Shown one piece after another: positions 1 to 15,167 of a stretch of DNA of 64,000 bases (positions are counted from its first letter, which is position 1; each line of letters starts with the position of its first letter). The stretch is from Dromaius novaehollandiae (lineage: Eukaryota), in NCBI RefSeq assembly GCF_036370855.1, contig NC_088135.1:1-64000 (forward strand), written 5' to 3'. The notes beneath the pieces were generated by a model, which had not been told where the DNA came from, made no database searches, and worked only from the letters and a program-made list of their open reading frames with translations. Made by a program: the position numbers and the translations under genes.

Positions 1-890
1 CCAGATCCCCCAGGGCTCCCAAAATCGCCCTTTTTCAGCCCAAAACCAGCACCCAGGTCCCCCAGGGCTCCCAAAATCGCCCTTTTTCAGCCCAAAACCA
101 GCACCCAGATCCCCCAGGGCTCCCAAAATCGCCCTTTTTCAGCCCAAAGCAGCACTCAGGCCCCCCCAGCACCCCAAAATCCCCCTTTTTCAGCCCAAAA
201 CTGCACCCAGGGCTCCCAAAATTGCGCTTTTCCACCCCAAATCAGTGCCCACAGTTGTCAGGGCTCCCAAAATCACCGTTTTTCACCCCAAAACAGCACC
301 CAGAACCCCCCAGCAACCCCAAAATCCACCTTTTTCACCCCAAAACAGCACCCAGAACAGTCAGAGCTCCCCAAAATCCCCCTTTTTCAGCCCAAATCTG
401 CACCCAGAGCCACCAGGGCTCCCAAAATTGCCCTTTTTCGCCCCAAAGCAGCACCCAGACCCAAAATCGCCCTTTTTCGCCCCAAAGCGCCACCCAGACC
501 CAAAATTGCCCTTTTTCGCCCCAAACTGGCATCGAGACCCGCAGACCCAAAATCGCCCTTTTTCGCCCCAAAGTGGCACCCAGACCCAAAATCACCCTTT
601 TTCGACCCAAAGTGGCATCCAGACCCGCAGACCCAAAATCGCCCTTTTTTTCCCCAAAGCAACACCCATACCCAAAATCACCGTTTTTCACCCCAAAGTG
701 GCATCCAGACCCACAGACCCAAAATCGCCTTTTTTCGCCCCAAAGTGCCACCCAGACCCAAAATCACCCTTTTTCAACCCAAAGTGGCATCCCCACCCGC
801 AGACCCAAAATCGCTCTTTTTCACCCGAAAGTGCCACCCAGACCCAAAATCGCCCTTTTTCGCCCCAAAGCCTCACCGGGGATGTAGCAG
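1..890. repeat. Roughly 38-40-bp satellite CCCAAAATCGCCCTTTTTCAGCCCAAAACAGCACCCAGA (family A), about 22 copies. Runs off the window start.
   Basis: Direct tandem periodicity. Confidence 0.85.
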
Positions 891-982
891 GCGCCGTTGA
901 ACCACTGCGAGGGGCCGTGCGGCTCCAGGGGGGCAGCGAGGGCCCAGGCGTCCTGCACCCGCCACCCCTCCCCCGCCGGCAC
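877..982 (-). CDS. Exon 39 (106 nt): VPAGEGWRVQDAWALAAPLEPHGPSQWFNGACYIP(G). The gene continues beyond the left edge of the window.
   Basis: Acceptor acgtggctcccgcag. Donor G|GTGAGGC. Phase 0 start matches exon 38. Confidence 0.35.
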
Positions 983-999
983 CTGCGGGAGCCACGTCT

Positions 1000-1615
1000 G
1001 GGTCCCCGCCCGGACGCCTGGGCCCCTCCCCGGACGCCTGGGCCCTTTTCCCGGACGCCTGGGCCCCTTTCCCGGACGCCTGGGCCCCTCATCCCGGACG
1101 CCTGGGCCCTTTTCCCGGACGCCTGGGCCCCTCCCCGGACGCCTGGGCCCTTTCCCGGACGCCTGGGCCCTTTCCCGGACGCCTGGGCCCCTTTCCCGGA
1201 CGCCTGGGCCCCTCCCCGGACGCCTGGGCCCCTTTCCCGGACGCCTGGGCCCTTCCCCGGACGCCTGGGCCCCTTCCCGGACGCCTGGGCCCCTCTCCCG
1301 GACGCCTGGGCCCTTCCCCGGACGCCTGGGCCCTCCCGGACGCCTGGGCCCCCTCTCCCAGATGTCTGGGTCCTTCCCGGATGCCTGGGCCCTTTTCCCG
1401 GACACCTGGGCCCCTCTCCCAGATGTCTGGGTCCTTCCCGGATGCCTGGGCCCCTTTCCCGGACGCCTGGGCCCCTCCCCGGACGCCTGGGCCCTTTTCC
1501 CGGACGCCTGGGCCCCTTTCCCGGACGCCTGGGCCCCTCCTGGACGCCTGGGCCCCTCTCCCGGACGCCTGGGCCCTTTCCCGGACGCCTGGGCCCCTCC
1601 CGGACGCCTGGGCCC
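1000..1615. repeat. 21-bp satellite CCGGACGCCTGGGCCCCTTTC (S21), plus-strand orientation. The same orientation recurs at 8250-8945 and 31440-32160.
   Basis: Tandem 21-22-nt period. Translates as DAWAPFPGRLGP in the ORF track. Confidence 0.9.
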
Positions 1616-1619
1616 TCAC

Positions 1620-1698
1620 CAGACGGCAGAGGTGGGGGCGGGTGGCCCCGGCCCAGACGAGGACGGAGCCATCGGGCAGCGCCTGGGCGTCGACGGGG
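1620..1698 (-). CDS. Exon 38 (79 nt), WD40: (A)PVDAQALPDGSVLVWAGATRPHLCRL.
   Basis: Acceptor ccgccttccgcctgcccgggag. Donor CTG|GTGAGGG. Confidence 0.4.
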
Positions 1699-1989
1699 CT
1701 CCCGGGCAGGCGGAAGGCGGCGGGGGCCCAGGCGTCCTCGGGGGCCCAGGCGTCCGGGGAAGGGGCCCAGGCGTCCTCGGGGGCCCCGGCGTCCGGGCGA
1801 GGGGCCCCGGCGTCCGGGGAAGGGGCCCTGGCGTCCTCGGGGGCCCTGGAGTCCTCGGGGCCCCGGCGTCCGGGCAGTTGGCGTCGGCCGGGGGGGCCCA
1901 GGCGTCGGGAGAGGGGCCCAGGCGTCCGGGCGCGGCCCCCCCGCCGCCGTCACCCTGCGGGGGGAGGGGTTAGAGAGGGGGAGGGGTGC

Positions 1990-4900
1990 TGAGCCCCCCC
2001 CGGGACCCCCCCAGCCCCCCGAATGCCCCCCCAAGACCCCCATAACCCCCCAGGGACCCCCAAGACCCCCAGCCCCCCCCCCAGGGACCTCCATATCCCC
2101 CCCAGGACCCCCAGGACCCCCCCGATCCTTCCCCGGGACCCCAAGACCCCCCCCAGGACCCCCCCAAGCCCCCCAGGGACCCCAAAATCCCCCCCCAAAA
2201 CCCCCAAGACCCCCCAAATCCCCCAAATCTCCCCTAAGACCCCCAAGACCTGCCCAAGACCCCCCAAACCCCCAATTCTCCTCCTGGGACCCCAAATCCT
2301 CCCCCCGACACCCCCAACACCCCCAGGACCCCCCCTAGGACCCCCAAGACCCCCCCCAGCCCCCCCAGGTCCCCCCTGGGACCCCCAAGACCCCCCCAGG
2401 ACCCCCAAATCCCCCCCCAGGACCCCCGGGACCCCCAAGACCCCTCCAAATCCCCCCAAGACCCCCAAATCCCCCCCCAGGACCCCAAATCCCCCCCAAA
2501 TCCCCCCAGAGACCCAAATCCCCCCCAGGACCCCAAATCCCCCCCCAGGACCCCAAGACCCCCCCAAATCCCCCCCAGCCCCCCCAAGACCCCCCCACGA
2601 CGCCCAAATCCCCCCAGGACCCCAAATCCCCACCAAACCCCCAAGACCCCCCAAATCGCCCCCAGAGACCCCAAATCCCCCCCAGCGACCCCCAAGACCC
2701 CCCCGGCCCCCCCAGACCCCCAAATCCCCCCCAGAGACCCCAAATCCCCCCCCAGGACCCCAAATCCCCCCCCAAATCCCCCCCAAGACCCCCCCAAGAC
2801 CCCTCCAAATCCCCCCCCGGCCCCCCCAAGACCCCAAATCCCCACAGACCCCCCCAAATCCCCCCCCAGAGACCCCCAAGACCCCTCCAAATCCCCCCCG
2901 GCCCCCCAAGACCCCCAAGAGCCCCCCAGGATCCCCCCAATCCCCCCCCAGGACCCCCAAATCCCCCCAAGACCCCCCAAATCCCCCCCCAGAGACCCCC
3001 AAGACCCCCCCAAATCCCCCCCAGCCTCCCCAAGGACCCCCAAATCCCCCCCCAGAGACCCCAAATCCCCCCCCAGGACCCCAAATCCCCCCCCAAATCC
3101 CCCCCAAGGGACCCCCCCAAATCCCCCTCAAATCCCCCACAGACCCCCCCAAATCCCCCCCGGCCCCCCCAGAGACCCCAAATCCCCCCCCGGCCCCCCA
3201 GGACCCCCAAATCCCCCCCAACACCCCCCAAATCCCCCCAAGACCCCCAAATCCCCCCCCAAATCCCCCCCAAATCCCCCCAGGACACCCAAATCCCCCC
3301 CAGGACCCAAATCCCCCCCAGGACCCCCCAGGACCCCCAAATCCCCCCCAGGATCCCCCAATCCCCCCCAGGACCCCAAATCCCCCCCCAGGACCCCCAA
3401 GACCCCCCCAACCCCCCCCCACCCCCCCAGGACCCCCAAATCCCCCACAGACCCCCCCAAACCCCCCCAGGACCCCCAAATCCCCCCCCCAAATCCCCCC
3501 CAGGACACCCAAATCCCCCCCCCAGGACCCCCCAGGACCCCCCAAATCCCCCCCAGGATCCCCCCATCCCCCCCAGGACCCCCAAATCCCCCCCCAGGAC
3601 CCCCAAGACCCCCCCCAACCCCCCCCCACCCCCCCAGGACCCCCAAATCCCCCACAGACCCCCCCAAACCCCCCAGGACCCCCAAATCCCCCCCCAAATC
3701 CCCCCCAGGACACCCAAATCCCCCCCCAGGACCCCCCAGGACCCCCAAATCCCCCCCAGGATCCCCCCAATCCCCCCCAGGACCCCCAAATCCCCCCCCC
3801 AGGACCCCCAAGACCCCCCCAAATCCCCCCCCGGCCCCCCCAAGACCCCCAAATCCCCCACAGACCCCCCCAAATCCCCCCAAGACCCCCCAAATCCCCC
3901 CCGGCCCCCACGGGACCCCCAAGACCCCCCCAAATCCCCCCAACACGCCCAAATCCCCCCCAGGACCCCCAAGAGCCCCCCAGGACCCCCCCAACCCCCC
4001 CAGGACCCCCAAATCCCCCCAGGACCCAGGACCCCCCAATCCCCCCCAGGACCCCCAAGACCCCCCCCGGCCCCCCCAAGACCCCCAAATCCCCCCCAGA
4101 GACCCCAAATCCCCCCCAGGACCCAAATCCCCCCCAAATCCCCCCCAAGACCCCCCAAGACCCTCCAAATCCCCCCCGGCCCCCCCAAGACCCCAAATCC
4201 CACAGACCCCCCCAAATCCCCCCCCAGAGACCCCCAAGACCCCTCCAAATCCCCCCCGGCCCCCCCAAGACCCCCAAGAGCCCCCAGGATCCCCCAATCC
4301 CCCCCAGGACCCCCAAATCCCCCCAAGACCCCCCAAATCCCCCCCCAGAGACCCCCAAGACCCCCCAAATCCCCCCCAGCCTCCCCAGGACCCCCAAATC
4401 CCCCCCCAGAGACCCCAAATCCCCCCCAGGACCCCAAATCCCCCCCCAAATCCCCCCCAAGACCCCCCCAAATCCCCCTCAAATCCCCCACAGACCCCCC
4501 AAATCCCCCCCCGGCCCCCCCAGAGACCCCAAATCCCCCCCCGGCCCCCCCAGGACCCCAAATCCCCCCCAACACCCCCAAATCCCCCCAAGACCCCAAA
4601 TCCCCCCCCAAATCCCCCCCCAAATCCCCCCCAGGACACCCAAATCCCCCCCAGGACCCCAAATCCCCCCCCAGGACCCCCCAGGACCCCCAAATCCCCC
4701 CCAGGATCCCCCCAAACCCCCCCAGGACCCCCAAATCCCCCCCAGGACCCCCAAGACCCCCCCCAACCCCCCCCACCCCCCCAGGACCCCCAAATCCCCC
4801 ACAGACCCCCCCAAACCCCCCCAGGACCCCCAAATCCCCCCCAAATCCCCCCCAGGACACCCAAATCCCCCCCCCAGGACCCCCCAGGACCCCCAAATCC

Positions 4901-6300
4901 CCCCCAGGATCCCCCCAATCCCCCCCAGGACCCCCAAATCCCCCCCCAGGACCCCCAAGACCCCCCCCAACCCCCCCCCACCCCCCCAGGACCCCCAAAT
5001 CCCCCACAGACCCCCCCAAACCCCCCAGGACCCCCAAATCCCCCCCCAAATCCCCCCCAGGACACCCAAATCCCCCCCCAGGACCCCCCAGGACCCCCAA
5101 ATCCCCCCAGGATCCCCCAATCCCCCCCAGGACCCCCAAATCCCCCCCCAGGACCCCCAAGACCCCCCCAATCCCCCCCCCGGCCCCCCCAAGACCCCAA
5201 ATCCCCCACAGACCCCCCCAAATCCCCCCCAAGACCCCCCCAAATCCCCCCCGGCCCCCACGGGACCCCAAGACCCCCCCAAATCCCCCCCAACACGCCC
5301 AAATCCCCCCCAGGACCCCCAAGAGCCCCCCAGGACCCCCCCAATCCCCCCAGGACCCCCAAATCCCCCCCCAGGACCCCCCAATCCCCCCCAGGACCCC
5401 CAAAATCCCCCCCGGCCCCCACGGGACCCCCAAGACCCCCCCCAAATCCCCCCCAACACGCCCAAATCCCCCCCAGGACCCCCAAGAGCCCCCCAGGACC
5501 CCCCCAATCCCCCCCAGGACCCCCAAATCCCCCCCCAGGACCCCCCAATCCCCCCAGGACCCCCAAATCCCCCCCCCAGGACCCCCCCAATCCCCCCCAG
5601 GACCCCCAAATCCCCCCCAAAACCCCTCCAAATCCCCCCCCGGTCCCCCCAGGACCCCCAAATCCCCCCCAGGACCCCCCCAATCACCCCCAGGACCCCA
5701 AATCCCCCCCAAATCCCCCTCAGGACCCCCAAATCCCCCCCCAGAGACACCCAAGAACCCCCAAAGACCCCCAAGAACCCCCCAAATCCCCCCCAGCCTC
5801 CCAGGACCCCCAAATCCCCCCCCCAGGACCCCCGGGACCCCCAAGACCCCCCCAAATCCCCCCCAAGACCCCCAAATCCCCCCCCAGGACCCCAAATCCC
5901 CCCCAAATCCCCCCCAGAGACCCCAAATCCCCCCCAGGACCCCCAAGACCCCCCCAAATCCCCCCCAGCCCCCCCAAGACCCCCCCAAGACGCCCAAATC
6001 CCCCCAGGACCCCCAAATCCCCCACCAAACCCCCAAGACCCCCCAAATCCCCCTCAAATCCCCCCCAAGACCCCCCCAAATCCCCCCCCAGGACCCCCAA
6101 GAGCCCCCCAGGACCCCCCCAATCCCCCCCAGGACCCCCAAATCCCCTACCGAACCCCCAAGACCCCCCGGCCCCCCCAGGACCCCCAAATCCCCCCCAG
6201 AGACCCCAAATCCCCCCCAGCACCCCAAATCCCCTCCCAAATCCCCCCCAGGACCCCCCCAATCACCCCCAGGACCCCCAAGACCCCCCAAACCCCCACC
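1990..6300. repeat. 4.3-kb poly-C low-complexity block (CCCCAAATCCCCCCAGGACCC variants) with internal higher-order periodicity of about 380 bp. G-rich on the gene's coding strand.
   Basis: C content visibly above 70% with almost no G. Several roughly 380-bp segments recur near-identically (e.g. 3390-3770, 3570-3950, 4750-5130). Confidence 0.85.
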
Positions 6301-6343
6301 CCCACCCCCCCAGGACCCCCCCAACCCCCCCGGCCGCACTCAC

Positions 6344-6417
6344 GCCAAGGGCCGCAGCCCCCCGGCCCCCCCGCAGCCCCAGAGGCTGCCGTCGGCGGCC
6401 AAAGCCAGGAGCCCGGG
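6344..6417 (-). CDS. Exon 37 (74 nt), WD40 tail: PGLLALAADGSLWGCGGAGGLRPL(A).
   Basis: Acceptor poly-C plus cag. Donor GC|GTGAGTG. Follows a 4.3-kb poly-C intron. Confidence 0.4.
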
Positions 6418-6589
6418 CTGGGGGGGGCGGCCCCCCCCCCCGCAGCAGCCGCAGCACCGGGGACGCCGGGGCCCCGCCCGTCATGGCCGCCGCCGCCGTC
6501 GCTCCGCCGCGCCGCAGCCTGCCGGGGCGACGCTCAGCGCTGGGCCCAGGCGTCCGGGCAGCACGACGACCCCCCCCACCTCCATGGGC

Positions 6590-8040
6590 CCAGGTGTCCC
6601 CACCCCCCAACCACCAACCCCCGGGGCCCAGGCGTCCGGGTTGGCCAATGTTGCCCCCCCTCCCCCACCATGGGCCCAGGTGTCCCCTGGGGGGGGGCCA
6701 GGACCCTACCTGGGGCCCAGGCGTCCGGGGAAGGGCCCAGGCGTCCGGGGAGCAACCCCCACTTCCTACTTGGGGGCCCAGGCGTCCGGGAAAGGGCCCA
6801 GGTGTCCGGGAAAAGGGGCCCAGGGGTCCGTGAGGGGCCCAGGAGTCCGGGAAAAGGGGCCCAGGTGTCCGGGAAAAGGGGCCCAGGAGTCCGGGAAAAG
6901 GGGCCCAGGTGTCCGGGAAAAGGGGCCCAGGTGTCCGGGAAAAGGGGCCCAGGCATCTGGGGAATCACCCCCACCCCCTGCTTGGGGGCCCAGGTGTCCA
7001 GGAAAGGGGCCCAGGTGTCCGGGAGAAGGGCCCAGGCGTCCGGGGAGCCACCCCCACCCCCTACTTGGGGGCCCAGGCGTCCGGGGAGCCACCCAAAACC
7101 CCCACCTGGGGCCCAGGCGTCCGGGAAAGGGGCCCAGGGGTCCGGGAAAGGGGCCCAGGCGTCCAGGGAGGGGCCCAGGCGTCCGGGAAAGGGGCCCAGG
7201 CGTCCAGGGAGGGGCCCAGGCGTCCGGGAAAGGGGCCCAGGCGTCCGGGCGAAGGGGCCCAGGCGTCCGGCTCACCGGTGGTGCCTCCCGCGCGCCGTCT
7301 CCTCCTCGACGACCTCCCAGAGCTCCAGGCGCCTCCCGGCCGCCACCAGAACCCGCCGGGCGTCGCAGAAGGCCACCGCCGTCACCGCCGGGGGAGCGCA
7401 CTGCCGGGGGAAAAGGGCCCAGGCGTCCGGGAGAGGGCCCAGGCGTCCGGGAGGGGCCCAGGTGTCCCCAGAGGAGCCCAGGCGTCCGGAGAGGGGCCCA
7501 GGTGTCCGGGATGAGGGGCCCAGGCGTCCGGGAAAAGAGCCCAGGTGTCCGAGAAAAGGGCCCAGGCATCCGGGAAAGGGGCCCAGGCGTCCGGGAGGGG
7601 GGCCCAGGCGTCCGGGAGGGGGGCCCAGGCGTCCGGGAAAAGGGGCCCAGGCGTCCGGGGAATCACCCCCACCCCCTACTTGGGGACCCAGGTGTCCGGG
7701 GAGGGGCCCAGGCGTCCGGGAAAGGGCCCAGGCCTCCGGGAAAGGGCCCAGGCGTCCGGGAAAGGGCCCAGGTGTCCCCAGAGGGAACCAGGCGTCCGGG
7801 AAAGGGGCCCAGGCGTCCGGGGAATCACCCCCACCCCCTACTTGGAGACCCAGGTGTCCAGGAAAAGGGCCCAGGCGTCCGGGAAAGGGGCCCAGGCGTC
7901 CGAGAGGGGCCCAGGCGTCCGGGGAGCCACCCACAACCCCCACCTGGGGCCCAGGCGTCCGGGAAAGGAGCCCAGGTGTCCGGGAAAGGGCCCAGCCCCC
8001 CCGCCCTCGAGGCCCTGCCCCCGCCCCCCACGGGCCCAGG
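6590..8040. repeat. S21 satellite in inverse orientation (GGGCCCAGGCGTCCGGGAAAGG). The same orientation recurs at 26190-26930, 36960-37810, 44170-45300, 48440-49170, 53850-55550, 56160-56830 and 60010-60620, with degenerate copies at 1735-1960.
   Basis: Reverse complement of the 1000-1615 unit. Orientation blocks alternate along the locus. Confidence 0.9.
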
Positions 8041-8056
8041 CGTCCGGGCCCCTCAC

Positions 8057-8220
8057 CGTGGCCTCGGCCAGGCTCTGCCCGTCGCCCCACAGCACCAGGC
8101 GCCCGCCGGGGCCCCCCGAGATCGCCAGGGCCCCGTCGGGGCTCCAGGCCAGCGCCGCCACCGGGCCCCGGACGCCTGGGCCCCCCCGGACGCCGGGGTC
8201 CTGCTCGGGGAGCGGCTCAT
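8057..8220 (-). CDS. Exon 36 (164 nt), WD40: (D)EPLPEQDPGVRGGPGVRGPVAALAWSPDGALAISGGPGGRLVLWGDGQSLAEAT.
   Basis: Acceptor (TC)n-ccccgcag. Donor ACG|GTGAGGGGCC. Canonical blade AWSPDG...SGG.GG.L.LW. Confidence 0.6.
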
Positions 8221-8960
8221 CTGCGGGGAGAGAGAGAGAGAGGGAAAAGTTAGCCGGACGCCTGGGCCCTTTGCCCGGACGCCTGGGCCCCTCCCGGACG
8301 CCTGGGCCCCTTTTCCCGGACACCTGGGCCCCTTTTCCCGGACGCCTGGGCCCCTTTCCCAGACGCCTGGGCCCCTCCCCGATGCCTGGGCCCCTCCCGG
8401 ACGCCTGGGCCCTTTCCCGGACGCCTGGGCCCTTTCTCCTGGACGCCTGGGCCCCTCATCCCGGACGCCTGGGCCCCTTATCCCGGACGCCTGGGCCCCT
8501 CTTCCCGGATGCCTGGGCCCTTTCCCGGACGCCTGGGCCCCTTCCCGGACGCCTGGGCCCCTTTCCGGGACGCCTGGGCCCCTTTTCCCGGACGCCTGGG
8601 CCCTTTTCCCGGATGCCTGGGCCCATTCCCGGACGCCTGGGCCCCTTTTCCCGGACGCCTGGGCCCCTTTCCCGGACGCCTGGGCCCTTTTCCCAGACGC
8701 CTGGGCCCTTTCCCGGACGCCTGGGCCCCTCATCCCGGACTCCTGGGCCCCTCTCCCGGACGCCTGGGCCCTTTCCTGGACACCTGGGCCCTTTTCCCGG
8801 ACGCCTGGGCCCCTCCCGGACGCCTGGGCCCCTTTCCCGGACGCCTGGGCCCCTCATCCCGGACGCCTGGGCCCCTCATCCCGGACGCCTGGGCCCCTCT
8901 TCCCGGACGCCTGGGCCCCTTCCCGGACGCCTGGGCCCCTCCCGGACGCCTGGGCCCCAC

Positions 8961-9117
8961 CTGGCCCGGGCAGCGGCACCACGCGCACGGTGCCGTCGTC
9001 CGCCGCGGTGATGACGTAGGCGCGGGGGGCGGGGCCGCCGCCGGGGGGCGGGGCCGCGAAGACGCCCAGCCCCGTGACGCGGCCGCAGTGGCCGCCCAGG
9101 GAGCGCGGCGCCGCCGC
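8961..9117 (-). CDS. Exon 35 (157 nt), WD40: AAAPRSLGGHCGRVTGLGVFAAPPPGGGPAPRAYVITAADDGTVRVVPLPGP(D).
   Basis: Acceptor cgcgcacgcgcag. Donor CCAG|GTGGGGCC. Confidence 0.5.
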
Positions 9118-9124
9118 CTGCGCG

Positions 9125-9435
9125 TGCGCGGTGACGTCAGCAAACCCCGCCCCCCGCTCCGCGCGCGCGCTCGCCGCGGGGGCACGTGACCCAGGCGCGG
9201 CCACGCCCCCCCCGCCGCCGGCGCCGCGGGGCCACGTGACCCACCAGCCGCCTCGCTCCCCCCCCCGCGCCTCCGCGGAGGCCACGTGACCCAGGCGCGG
9301 CCACGCCCCCCCGCCGCAGGGCCACGTGACCCGGCTGGAGCCTCGCACCTCCCTCCCCCCCCCCCCCGACCCGGCGCCGGGACCACGTGACTCAGCCGGG
9401 ACCACGCCCCCCCGTGGGGCCACGTGATGCCCTCA
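9125..9435. promoter_or_regulatory. Intronic cluster of six CACGTG E-boxes in a roughly 55-bp degenerate repeat (GGCCACGTGACCC, CLEAR/USF-like), plus one TGACGTCA CRE at about 9132.
   Basis: Six copies of CCACGTGA(C/T) counted between 9180 and 9430. Lies in the intron between exons 34 and 35. Confidence 0.25.
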
Positions 9436-9439
9436 GCGC

Positions 9440-9900
9440 CCCCTCCCCCCGCCAGTCCCCTCCCAGTGCCTCCCAGTCCGCCCCAGTCCCCTCCCAGTTC
9501 CCCTCAGTGCCTCCCAGTCCCCTCCAGATCCCTCCCAGTGCCTCCCAGTTGCTGCCAGTGCCTTCCCAGTCCATCCCAGTTGCTCCCAGTGCCTCCCAGT
9601 CCCCTCCCAGTCTCCTCCCAGTGCCTCCCAGTGCCCTCCCAGTCCCCCTAGTGACTCCCAGTGCCTCCCAGTGCCTCCCAATCCCCTCCCACTGCCCTCC
9701 CAGTCCCCTCCCAGTGCCTCCCAGTAACCCCCATCCCCTCCCAGTGCCCCATATCCCCTCCCAGTCCCCTCCCAGTGCCTCCCAGTGCCCCCAGTGCCTC
9801 CCAGTGCCCTCCCAGTGCCCCATATCCCTTCCCAGTCCCCTCCCAGTGCCTCCCAGTCCCCTCCCAGTGCCTCCCAGTACCCCCAGTGCCCTCCCAGTGC
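9440..9900. repeat. 12-mer satellite CCTCCCAGTGCC / CCTCCCAGTCCC (S12). Also at 29270-31260, 34740-36780 and 63380-64000.
   Basis: Tandem 12-nt period with C/T variants. Confidence 0.9.
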
Positions 9901-9919
9901 CTCCCAGTGCCCCCAGTAC

Positions 9920-9987
9920 CTCGAGGGGCTCCCAGATGCGGGTGACGCCGTCGGCGCCCGTCATGGCCAGCAGCGCCCGGGGCCCCC
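9920..9987 (-). CDS. Exon 34 (68 nt), WD40 tail: (G)GPRALLAMTGADGVTRIWEPLE.
   Basis: Acceptor ccccgtttcggtgccag. Donor GAG|GTACTGGG. Confidence 0.5.
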
Positions 9988-10009
9988 CTGGCACCGAAAC
10001 GGGGACAAT

Positions 10010-15167
<5,158 letters not shown>

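Noticed and set aside
2023-8253. 2,076-aa plus-strand ORF (and the other ORFs above 500 aa in the track), read as proline-rich or collagen-like proteins (PPRTPKSPP..., GPGVRERGPGVREKGP...).
   Set aside because: These are in-frame translations of C-rich and 21-bp satellites. Every frame is open because stop codons need A/T. There are no splice signals, no domain motifs, and the same array gives equally long ORFs on the opposite strand. The Gly-X-Y look of GPGVRE is an artefact of the 21-nt (7-codon) period.
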